64,000 nt of DNA from Sphagnum compactum (taxonomy: Eukaryota): contig OZ234493.1 of the NCBI GenBank assembly GCA_965153455.1, positions 29,502,213-29,566,212 of the forward strand, in the 5' to 3' direction. The position numbers and the translations under genes were made by a program. Below are positions 52,341 to 64,000 of this stretch, in pieces; the stretch's first letter is position 1; every line of letters starts with the position of its first letter. The notes under the pieces were generated by a model. That model saw only the letters and a list, made by a program, of their open reading frames with translations, searched no databases and had not been told where the DNA came from.

Positions 52341-52679
52341 CTTGAGTTGCAATACTACGGTTTCGTTAAATGAACTTGAACAACCCATTATTATTTAGTT
52401 ACATGATCTTCACCTTCACCTTTAATATTATTACTATTAGTAGAATTTGTAGTGGGGGACTAACATCATGCACATCAAAACGTTGCAAATCAACTAAACA
52501 TTTGGAGAATCCATCACAATTACTAGATGCAATTTATGAAGGAAGGGTTGAGGTGAACAAACAACGAAGGAGGTACTTTGAAAGCTTGAAACAACAAACT
52601 AGGTAATTGACAAAGCTCTTAACAATACTGAGTGAAGAAATGAACATGCTACACAATGCACATGAATTATGATATTCAA

Positions 52680-53090
52680 AAATGCTTTTGACAACCTTGA
52701 CAAATAAAGCACCTTGAAAATTCTAATGACCTTGAAAGCTTGGATGAAGGAAAAACAAGGTTTTTCACATAACAAAAATGATGTATGCATTTGATGCATA
52801 AAACATGCACATAAAATAATTGAAAGTAGAAGCTTTCGATGAAACTTTGACAACCTAGACAAACAAACACAACACCTTGAAAGCAAAAAGCTTTCAACAA
52901 AACTTTTGATAACCCCAACAAACGAATAAAAAACCTCGAAAGCAAAAGTTTTTAGTGAATCTTTCAACAACCCTAACAAACAAACATAGCACCTTGAGAG
53001 CATAAACTTTCAACAAAGCTTTTGACAACCCTATTGAACAAACATAACACCTTGAAAATAGAAGCTTTCAACAAGTTGATTGAATGTTTA
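52680..53090. repeat. Degenerate ~60-65 bp tandem repeat array
   Basis: Recurring AAGCTTT(TG)ACAACC...ACAAACA.AACACCTTGAAAGCAAAAGCTTTCAACAA units, about 5-6 copies, next to the hAT remnant. Confidence 0.7.
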
Positions 53091-55164
53091 AAATGAAAAA
53101 ATTATAACAAAACCTTGAAAGTTTGACAAAAGAACAATGTACACAAAATCAAGACATTAAAAAAAATACAAGAGCAAAAGTTTGTTTAAGCAAGTTTATA
53201 GTAGAATACAAAATGATTGAAGGTTCTCAAACTACCTTTTTTTTGTCAATTCTAACATTGTTTATGATTTCCATAGTCTTTGATGATCTTTATCACAAGT
53301 AACACCATTGAGACATCAAAATTTTATTCAATTAATGTGACAACATTTTTCAATTTTAAATAATCACATTCAAAGAAAAAGTAAATGGTTACAAGCTTTA
53401 GTTGTTTAAAGTCTACAAACTTTAAAACATTTTTTAATTTTTGTTTCCAAAAACACTAAATCTTAAGTTCCACACCAATCTTTTCAAGTGTGAAAAGGGA
53501 ATTTAACTTGATTTTATACTAAATACCCTTGCATATTATTTGTAATGGGTCAATGGTAGTGGTGGTTATTGACGATGGGACCACGCTAAGGATGGGGCAA
53601 GGGCAAATCTACAAAAATTGAAAACCCTAAGTGGGAGGTGAATCCTAAACCTTTGTTGATTTGATCTTTAATTATTATATACTTGTATACTTGGTCAAAA
53701 ATTTGACCAATATATGGTATCAGTCCCATACTTGTTCCACACTTTACTTAAATCTTAAATATCTTCATTAGCGAACACTAATACACATACTTTAATAAAA
53801 ACCCCATAGTAAAAAATCAATGTTGAGTGGTTTTTGAATTTTTTAAGAACCTTTAATTTTTCAATCGAAAAGAAAATTCCACTATTGAAAATAAAATTTG
53901 GTTAGGATTTGGTTATAATTAAAAAATTAGAATCAATCGTTAATTAATTGTTAATCACTAGTTTTAATCCATTCTTTCTAAAATATATGTTAGTTGAGCA
54001 AAAACATCATTAGGTCGACCACTAGGAACCACTTCAAAGAATGGTTAAAGAACCAAAAACGCACAAATCATTTTCCAAGGCCCTTTACTTTAAATGTTTT
54101 CAAAACTCTAAAAAAATCTCTCATATTTATCCATTGCATGCACTAATGTATGGCTTGAAGTTTATTTTGGAATTTAAAAAATTAAAATTTAAAAAATATA
54201 TATTCCTAATTAAAATGGCCCCTTCAAAATTTGATAGTTTTAATTTTGGAAATTCATACATAAAGTATATTTATTCAATTAATTACATAATAAAAAAATA
54301 AAAATAAAATGATTTCCAAATTACCTTAAGAAAAAAAATTTCAAGAAAGCTTTCAAATCATGTTTCAAATTTGTGTTCCTTACCAAAAAGGTCAAGGAAA
54401 GGAATTAGGCGTTACATTCCTAAAACTTTTCTAAAATGCAATGATTAGGAACATCAAAATACATAATATTCTTGATATTATTGAAATTTCAAAATCTATA
54501 GAACCTAATAAATGTATTCATTAGAAAAAAAATATATGAAAATATTTATTTAAGTGTTTCTTATGAGTTTTCAAAATTTGATAGGTCAAAGAAAATCAAG
54601 GTGTGACATTCCTAATGGTCCACCCAAGGATGCTTTCACCTAGTTCTAGTTCAACATATAATTTGATCCTAGTTTTAGGTCTTATTTTTCAAAAATAATA
54701 ATCATAGTTTTAAATTTTTTGATCATTTTTAATTTAGATTTTTACTTGGGAACCAAAATTGATGGTTCTTATCCACCAGACCAAGTACAAACCCAAAAAT
54801 AAGAAAATGTAAAAACCCCCCAAAAAATTAAGTTGTTTCTAAATTTACAAATTATAAACATCCTAGATCCTTTAAATTAAATTAAGGTCTTTGAATCCAA
54901 AATGAAGATTTCTTGGGTTAATTTCTAATTCTGAGAGGCTTCATTTGGGTGATTTGCATGGTTGAATGCCTATTTTTTTGAAAAAAAAGTAATCAACACA
55001 AAGTCCATTTTGCAATGTTAAATTGGTAATTTAACATTGTGTCATTGGTTAAATGGTAATAAAATCCATGTATCAAAAGCAATAGAGTCCCTTTTAATAA
55101 GATCCTAAGTAGAAATCTCAAAGAATAGACACTTGTGAAGGAAAATAAAAAACCGAAGAAAAAC

Positions 55165-55480
55165 AATTTTAGGGACTTATGAAATTATGGTTCAATTTTG
55201 ACGATTCAAAAGTCTTTAATTAGAAATTGACTACAATTTTTACAAGGAGAATACCACATAAACATTTATTATTTCATATTACACCAGGTACTATCACAAT
55301 ATGAAATTTGGAATAAATCAACACGAACTTTTTCTTCCATTTTAATTAGTTTTATTAGTCCATATTTTTGAACTTCAAAAGTCATTGTTAAAAGTGTCCA
55401 TACACTTTCTCAAAAACTAATTACACATGTTTTATAATCAAGTTGTCGATTTAAAACCAAGGCCCAATTGTTAATTTTTA
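55165..55480 (-). repeat. Dispersed repeat; inverted homologue of ~12480-12790
   Basis: The same blocks appear in reverse-complement order. Confidence 0.7.
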
Positions 55481-58400
55481 AATTAGATCTTCTATTAGGA
55501 GACATTAAAACAAGATGGGTATTTTAAAAACCAGAAAATTGTCACAAAAATGAGCCTATCATTAGTGCATACAACCCACTCTAGAAGGTGAAGGTACTAG
55601 TATATGCATTGGTTCACCATGGTTAGTATTATATTATTATTACGATATGTCTTAGTTATTAGAGTTATTGTTACTTAAATTGCCTGATTTTTGGCTTGCT
55701 TTTGCATTTTTCATGTTGAATTTTAAATATTAATTAAAGTCACCCTTGTAGGGAACAACCAAAATCAAAACTCAACATGAAACGCATAAACCGCCATTTC
55801 AACATTCTTTCTTTGGATCTCTTGCAATGCAACACACAAACATAAAAGTCCAATAGATAACTAAACTAAACACACACACACCTAACAACACAAAAAATCA
55901 CACACACAAAAATCACAAGAAAAAACTTCTTTGCTAAAAATAATTAAGCACACACTTTTGTTTTTCCTCTCTAGTGTGAATAATCCTTTCATTATTTCTT
56001 TCCTATCCTCTTTCATTGCTCCTCCTCTATCCCACACAAATCCACAAACACACGAAACAAAAAATCACATACATAAACAAAGTCTCCCCTTCACTGAGAG
56101 CAACCACATGTGTACAAAAGTTGTTCTTCTCTATTGAAAACAACTATGCTGCTCCTTTCTCATGCACAAATCATTGCAAATCACATCTCTTCAAATCGTT
56201 GTCAAGAGTAGCTACTTCTCTAATGACATGGACATTGCAAATGACACCAAGAACATATATAAGAAAAGAGCAACTACATAATAAACCCCAACATGACAAG
56301 AACAATCTTGGGAGACCATTGATTTCAATGCATTTCTAAGTTTTGCCCTCATATTATTTCCTTCCATAAAGATTCAATGGATATGGTGTTTCACATTCCA
56401 CCACATGTTAATGCCAAACAAAAGGTTTTTGTTCACAGTCTATCCAACTTTACTGACAATTCAACTTTCAACAAACTTCACGAGTCAAATTGTGATGGTG
56501 TTGGGTGCATGTTGCATCATGAAACAAAAAGAAGAAAGAAAATTTGCCATCACATTTTGGTGTAGTTCTAGAAAAGAATGAGATTTGTTTTGTAATTCTA
56601 ACTCAATAAACTACCACTGAACCATTATCTAGGTGATTGCCCAACTCATTGGTTCCACCCTCAGAGAGTGCCACTTCATCAAATTCCCTCTCTCCCCCAA
56701 GAAAACAAACCAAAAAAATCAGCTCCTCCTCCCCTCTCCTTGTCCTCCCCCTCCCCCCACCAAATTAAAAGGTAAACCTAATACATTGTCTCATTGGTTT
56801 CAAGATTTAGTTTACTTGACTCAATTCCTCTTCAAAAAAATTCTATTAGTAGTTTTTCTAACACCAGTAGCTCCCTCCATGAGAGTGAGTACCTATTTAA
56901 GCAAATTATTAGTTTTCAACGGATGCAATGTAGATGAAACTAAACCTAGTCTTAAACCAGATCGAGCTCCAATTCGTTTGGAAAGTGTTGAAAAACCATT
57001 CTCAAAAACTATACTAAAAACTCTACCCAATTTTTTTAAAACTAAAAAGAGGGAGAGGTTTCTCTCTAAATCAAAGGGCTGGACAACACTAGTTACAATA
57101 GCTCGTAGATTCATAGATATGATGATGCACCCTCCAGGGCAGGTGGAGCTCAGAAGCAGGTGTTTGATGCGGATCAGGAGGGACTTACAAACCCTTGTTA
57201 TTTAGTCTTTAGGAATTTTCCATAGGTGGGTGGAATAGTACATAACAGAAACTAGTCATGATTAGTAGGTGCCAGATCTTTAGTCTTCCAACAACAATTA
57301 AGTTCACCCATTTAACTGCAAGCATCTGCTCTAGTCTCTCTCTCTTTCCTTCCCCCTGACAGCTTTTTGTTTGAGGTAAGATGCTTCTAGGAGCTCTCTG
57401 AAATGCTTATTAAAATGGAGGCCAAAATCACTTACTCATCAAAGAACCTAACCTTTAGTCACTAACTATTTTAGGAGGTAACTTGCACTTCCCTCTTGCA
57501 CACACACAAGCTCTTCAGCACATAGAAGGAAGTCCCAATTGTGGATGAACCTCAACTCAGTTAAATATAGGGTTTCACCTTGGTAACTCATTCGCTAAGT
57601 AGTAGGTCCTATATACAGGTAGATAGGTAGGAACATAGGTAACTTCTAGGTTTAGATGGTTTATACATAGCTAAGGGCTGCATTTGCTACCTACCTGCTA
57701 ACAACCTGCTTCTGGGTTGTTAGTAGGTAGGTTAGAAAAAACGGCAACCGAGCTAACCACCATGGTTAGCCAGGGAACTGGAACCCAACCAAAAACTGTT
57801 TCCCGACTACTTTCCATCCATCCAACCTACGTGGTGCGGTGATGGGTGCCGGTTCTCTTTGTGCAAGTGCACCAACCAATGAGAGGGTGGTGAAAATCAC
57901 AGGTGGGTATAACAAGGGGCTAATCCTGGAAACTCAGTTATGTGCTGACCCAAGAGTTCCAAGAGCTATATATTGTCTTGCCTTACCCTTGTATAAGTGG
58001 GAGCCTGTTTTCACAGTTCCTCACAACCCAAGAAATGTGAGGTTTTGATCATATCCCCTTTTGACTTGAAGTTTGTTTTGTGAGTACCTAACTTGGTCAT
58101 TGCGAGTGCCGATTATTAGTGTGTGCGTATGCATGCATGGGTGTCATGTTTTGCATCCTCTTTTGGCTGGTGAAGCATGGGGTCCACCTCTTGCCTCGTG
58201 CAACGCCTGCCTGGTTCTCTCACATGAGCTCAATCTGGCTTTTACATCTTATAATCATTTGCTTGATTTTGACCGAATTTTCTAACAAACAATTTTGGAT
58301 GTGTAAACTTTGAGTCCAACAACTGGTTTTATAATCTCATACATCGATGGGTAGATTGGGCCAGATTTCTAACTAAGGAGGAAGGTCTAAGTAGAGGCAA

Positions 58401-58677
58401 AATACTAGGTTTAGAAAGGGTTGAGATCGTTAAGGGTTTAGGGTAGATCCAACTTGCATGCCCTCCTCAAGAAAGAGATGATGCTGCTTCTTGACAAGTA
58501 CTGTACAGGAGGAGTTTTGGACTAGAGGATCTACCTACCACATGAGCAGACCTGCAAAATGGAGATGCAGTATACACTGGAACGCATAGTGCTACTAGAT
58601 ATATGTGCTGAGACTAAACAAAACAGTGTGTGGAAGACACAGTGAATCATGTAAACTGGTCGGATTGTGTGGCAAGT

Positions 58678-58892
58678 AAAAATGGAAACCACACCCGACA
58701 ACAAAGATGGACATGGAGAGACTTGAGTGTGAATGAAGCTGGCCGGATTGTTGTCGAGTGACTAAGGTATAATCAGAGTTAAAATGGAGACCACAGCTGA
58801 CAACAATGAGGGGGAGGGAGGGGACATGTAGAGACTTGAGTGTGGATGAAGCTGGCCGGATTGTTGAGTATAGTGACCTGGGTATAATCAGA
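58678..58892. repeat. ~105-115 bp diverged tandem duplication
   Basis: AAAATGGA.ACCACA.C.GACAACAA...GGACATG.AGAGACTTGAGTGTG.ATGAAGCTGGCCGGATTGTTG...GGTATAATCAGA occurs twice. Confidence 0.85.
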
Positions 58893-61800
58893 CTGGCTGA
58901 GAGCAGATGTGATTCACATGAGCCTATCCAACAGCATTAGAAAGGACCCCTTTTTTCCTTTTTCCTTCAGTCTGGAAAACACATTAAAACCAGTGCAAAT
59001 CTCATAACACCATTTTCAGATATGGATAGTAACTATCCACATTTAACAAAGCACTTTCATATCAACATTTTCAGATCCAGATAGTAAATGGTCACATTAA
59101 ACAAAGCCATAAAAAGGTGGCATATTTGGATGTCAACAACTGCTATTCCCATTATGTATATACGTAGCATAAGCATTAGCATATGGAATGCAAGCAAGCC
59201 CTTACTGAACTACTACGACAAGTTACAAGTTACCCACCCATAAGCTATTCCCCAAGTTTTACACCTCAAAATCAGAATCCCACCACCAAACACACGAGTT
59301 TAAAATAATAATAATAATAATGATAATTCATTCTGCAGGCAACAACAAATCTGACTCCTCCAAACAACAATTTCATAACATGGACTGTAACCGACCCTAT
59401 AATAAAATTAAATACACAACATGTAGAGTATTTTGTACTTTCCACCCACACCACCCTATTTCTGCCTCAATCATATTTAATGCATCCAACACTAGTGTTA
59501 ATTTTTTTCCCCCAACTATACACAAGACAAAATTGGACACTATAAATAAGGTGAGAGACTATTTAAATGCGATCCCAATCATCTATGGCCAACCGATCAA
59601 GACCAGACATTTACAGTAACTGGCGCTTTTGGAGAACAAAATATTTTGTGCGTATTTAAATTTTACACCATGCACAACCAAATACGACTACTACTCCACT
59701 CAACTAATAATTTGTTGCAAAGAAAGAATGCTTGTAACATTTACCAATCGATTCAATTGTGTACTTCTTCCAGTATTTGGTGCCAACACTTAACACTAAC
59801 AAAAGGGGCATCTCCACTCACATAGCACACACTTGCACACAGTTTGCACGCTCTTTCACTAAATTGATACCTAATATGTACATCTAGATTCTATCTACAT
59901 GTTGTCCACATGTACCACACGACTACACATGCACATGTTACTACTGCGCATTGTGTTAAAGTCTTCATGAAGCTAGAAGCAAGCTGGATTTTGTTAATAA
60001 GCTTCCTATTGTACTTTTGTGAGCACTAATTTTTTAACAACAGAGCAAGCCCATTATATGCCCATCTGTGATATGTATGTGAGGTACCCCTTTTTGTCGA
60101 GCAATATAGGACATGTTCAAGCTGAAGGTTATCATCAACATGTGTTTTGCCCACTCTAGAATCTAATACATTACACATGGATACAGTGTGCACAACCTCC
60201 TTGAAGCCCATTTTGCAAGATGTAAGTAGAATCCATGTAAAGGTTTTTCCTTTTGGCAAGGAGGTGGTTACCCTTTAACTTGAAGGTTAACTATAAACCT
60301 CGATGAACAAGAATGATGTAAATGTTGTCAAAGAAATTTGATCAATTCTGTCCACCCTATCTTCTTTTGTAGTTCCTTTTGTTTCTTTCTTCAATTAAGT
60401 TAAAAGTGGAGCTTAAAATTGATTGATTGATTGATTGGCAACTGAGAATAATAAAACCCAATGAAATGGACACACACATCACGGGGGTTTTTTTTTGGGA
60501 AGCACAGTAACAAACCCAACCTGACAAGCTGTTGGCACCTTGCATAGTCAAGCTCAATGGGATTGAACCCAGGAGCCTTTTTGGGGTCTTAGAGTTCCAA
60601 AATGGGCCATACCTGAAAGCCATCACCACTAAGGTTTAACACACTTGCTTCATGGAATGTATTTTAACGCTAGATCTAATTTTTAAAATGCGCCCCTAGC
60701 CTAGTACTAAGTAGACCATCACCAACAACCACCATACAAAACCAAGGAACTAGTAAATGATAGAGAAGGGATGAAGGGTTTATCAATACTATCGTAACGA
60801 ATGGCCAAAATACTAAACAAATTCACACAGAATTTTTTTGGAAAAGGTTTCATTCGGACTTGTTTTGGACTCCTTTCAATATTAATACCAAAATTGGATA
60901 AATGGCAAATAAGTTATTTTGGGATAGGAAGACATTAGGCATGGATAAATGTCAATAAGCTCGAGTTTGCATTTGCCAAACAAATTAGGTTCACTTTGTG
61001 AGAAGGATGGATAATAACTATAGAAAATTAATAATTGGCATAATCTAATAGGCTTGAAGATAAGATCTTATCAACAAATGACAATGTTTATCAGGCCTAG
61101 GTGAAAAGGGTGGACCCAACATGCAATATATGAGTACCTCAAAAAGGTTTTGATGAATGAACTCTTTTGGGCTGAACTTTTGTTATTTTGCAAAATCATC
61201 TTTGCATAATAATGTGCCTTTTCATCAAAATTTTGTAACTTTCATGAAATGGAAAAAAATGAAAAAGTAATAGGACTTTTGTAGAATTTTGTTATGAAGA
61301 TTGTAATATGACAGACCCCAATGAATGTTCAAGAGGCTTAAGGGCTTAATAAGTCCACTTATGTGAACTGCATGGTGAGTGATCCCCCATATTGTGATCT
61401 TCAGGTGCATGTAATGAGTTGTTAGTCAAATAATATTCACATACATCTAGTCTTAGGCATGTGAGTGATTATAGTTGAAATTATGTAAGTATTGGTTTCA
61501 TGCTATGTGTTTGGTTGGGAAGTTGAAATTATCATTTTAACCTTCATGCTAGAAGGGTATCATTTTAAAAAACAACCTTCATATGTACAAATCCCATAGT
61601 TCTAGTATGAGTACAAACTACTAGGACATGAACTCGGGAAAACATTAAAATTGTGAAATTGATCCCTAGAGGAGGGAATACTAGTATGAGACAATACATA
61701 ACTACGTGGGACTAAGTACATGTACAGATTGAAAATCAAACACTCGTACACAAGTCCCACCAAAAGAAGTACATGAAAGAAGAAATTGGACCCTAATTGC

Positions 61801-63209
61801 AAGCAACCCATGCTTCAAGTTGGTGGGCCTCTTGCAGGATGCTTGCTGCCAAATGTTTTGTTAGAGAAAATGGCACAATTTTTGTAGAACCTTCCCCTTT
61901 GTGACGCCCATAGCATAGTGGTCAGGGCTAGCAAGCCTCATAGCTCTAAGTTGTTAACTTGCAAGTGGGGTTGACATGGGGTCCACTTTACTTTGTCATG
62001 TTTATCTCCAGAGCCTGTGAAACCCCCATTTCACCTACCTAGTGACTTACCCATCAAACACTGGTATTTGCTAACTTTGCCAGTTCTTCCTTTTTAGGCT
62101 CGTCACTTCCATTTTTGTTGTTTTCACAAGTAACACGGGTTCTTCACTACTCATGCATAAGGGGTGATTCTCAAATACCCAATTGAGAACAACCAGATAT
62201 ATTGCCAGTTATAGCCTTTTACAATATATATGTGTGTGTGTGTGTGATTATTTTTATTTTTATGATTATTTTTATTTCCTATTGTAAGCATGTTAGTGTT
62301 TTAGTATCAATAACCTACCTAGATGATAACTGGGTCATTGAAGTAGGGAAAAAAGTTTGAAAATTTTCAATTAGATATATCAAAAGAATGGCCCCACACA
62401 TTGCACATATACCTAGTTTAATAGTGTACAACTGGGAAATGGGAAGTATAAGTTAGAGAGCTAAGGACTATTGGATGGGATGATCTATTTCAGCATGCAA
62501 GTATTGAAATCAATTAATTTTTAAGTTACAAGGCTATTTGGACACTTGAAGTTAGAATTTTAAAGTTTGACACATGGGGTTTTCAAATATTTTGACTTTG
62601 GCTTTCTATTTATAGTTCTTGTCCATTTTATTATTATTATAGTTGTTCATACAATATTTTGGGATTGTTCAAGAATGGAGCTATAACTTTAAATTAGGAC
62701 TATATTTAATTATGTTTTCATTTTTTAAGTTATAAAGACTCCTTTTTCCTCCTATGAAATGTGAGCCATAATTGAGGAGTGATGTTCCATGCATATAGAA
62801 GCTTGCAAGATCTGAGGCAACTTGTATTGTAACTTGTTGGATGACTTGAACCTCTTTTTGTAACATGTAAATAAACAACATTGACCGGTTTTCACATTTT
62901 TATTGCTCCAAATTTGACATTTTAAAAGTATTCATTTATATTGGTGACAAGTTTTTATACAATTCATCAAAATTCCCATGAAATTTTTGAGAATTTTTTT
63001 CATCCTTTTTTTTAATTAATTTTTGTTGATTTGATAAGAAAGTAGGGTAGTGGTTTAGGTTTTGGAACTTGAAAGGGATTCAATTTAAGGTAAGTCCTTA
63101 GGATTGGAGCAACCCCAACATAATGGCTTGCTATTAGTTGAGAGTGGGGCTTGGGTCTAAAGTTTAAAATCTTAAAAGTAGTCCATATTTTTCAAGGATA
63201 CCCGTGACT

Positions 63210-63375
63210 ATTGCAAAAGTTATAAAATATGTCAAGCTTATGCATGAATGAATATACTATAAGCACCCCTTTACATGACATATCACCTTTGGAATCCCTT
63301 GCAAAAGTTGTAAATATATGTCAAGCTTAATCATGAATGAATTTACTATAAACACCCCTTTACATGACATATTAT
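63210..63375. repeat. ~89-bp tandem duplication
   Basis: TTGCAAAAGTT.TAAA.ATATGTCAAGCTTA..CATGAATGAAT.TACTATAA.CACCCTTTACATGACATAT occurs twice. Confidence 0.85.
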
Positions 63376-63850
63376 CTTCAAAATCCTTTGAAAAATGAGG
63401 AGTTGATTTACTATAGTCATTACCTATGACTATCAAAAAAAGGCATCTATTCACGATCATTGCCACTCACAAAGTTTGAAAAAGTGCAAAATTTGAAAAA
63501 AAATTGTGAAACAAAAGGTGCATGTTTCATGAGGTTTGGGGTACCAAAAAAAATTGTTTCAAACAAGAGACTTCAATTCATGAATGAGGTTGTGAAGGAC
63601 TTATTAACACATTTTGTAATAAAACATAAATTCACCACCATGTACGAACCTAACACAAATGACCTATTGGAGAGGACAAACAAAATATTTTGTTCCATGC
63701 TAAGAAAAAAATTAAGGTCCAAACAAATATTTGTGATTATGATTGCAAGATCCACCATGTCATGTGTGTTTAGATTATCACATACAAAACAACATGTTAT
63801 TCACCCATTGTATTAACATATGGGATGGAAGCTTTTTTACCCATTGATTA
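63370..63850 (+). mobile_element. Ty3/Gypsy integrase core remnant
   Basis: RFGVPKKIVSNKRLQF..HKFTTMYEPNTNDLLERTNK matches the decayed rve motif (RFGxPxxIxSDxGxQF...TTxYHPxTNGxxERxN). The catalytic Asp is lost. Confidence 0.8.
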
Positions 63851-64000
63851 AATGTGATTGAGGTGATTACCTTAAACATTGTTACAAGAATGAAGCTTCC
63901 ATTGAAATAATAAGCACATTAGAGGTTATTATAACTGACTGGGTTGAACAAGTTGTAATTAAAATTTTGGCAATCCATTGAGCTTCCTCAAAATAAATAA

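Noticed and set aside
56633..57205. 190-aa ORF
   Set aside because: Starts at GTG, has no recognisable domain and lies among repeat-like sequence; probably a chance or TE-derived frame.

Overview
AT-rich land-plant nuclear DNA with GT-AG introns, many microsatellites and degenerate transposons. Gene and repeat style suggest a bryophyte, possibly Sphagnum; this is inference, not tested. Five intact protein-coding genes were reconstructed. (1) A 13-exon MscS-like (MSL) mechanosensitive channel, 3072-11149 (+), ~1158 aa. (2) The mRNA m6A writer MTA/METTL3, 18715-23427 (+), 8 exons, ~850 aa. (3) A class-I SAM-dependent methyltransferase-like gene, 27274-29184 (-), 3 exons, ~481 aa. (4) A 94-aa conserved plant small protein, 40026-40310 (+). 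(5) An AUX1/LAX auxin influx carrier, 43957-48090 (-), 8 exons, ~501 aa. Also present: an orphan first exon of a HAD-family phosphatase next to a truncated Ty3/Gypsy remnant, a PLS-type PPR pseudogene, a degenerate Ty1/Copia element, hAT/MULE/CACTA-like remnants, MITEs and local duplications. I found no convincing novel multi-gene system. The best leads are spliced read-through or antisense exons between the convergent MTA and methyltransferase genes, a possible alternative MTA C-terminus, a duplicated acceptor creating a 9-nt microexon in AUX1/LAX, the unusual MSL architecture and the broken HAD locus. All coordinates and splice models were read by eye.
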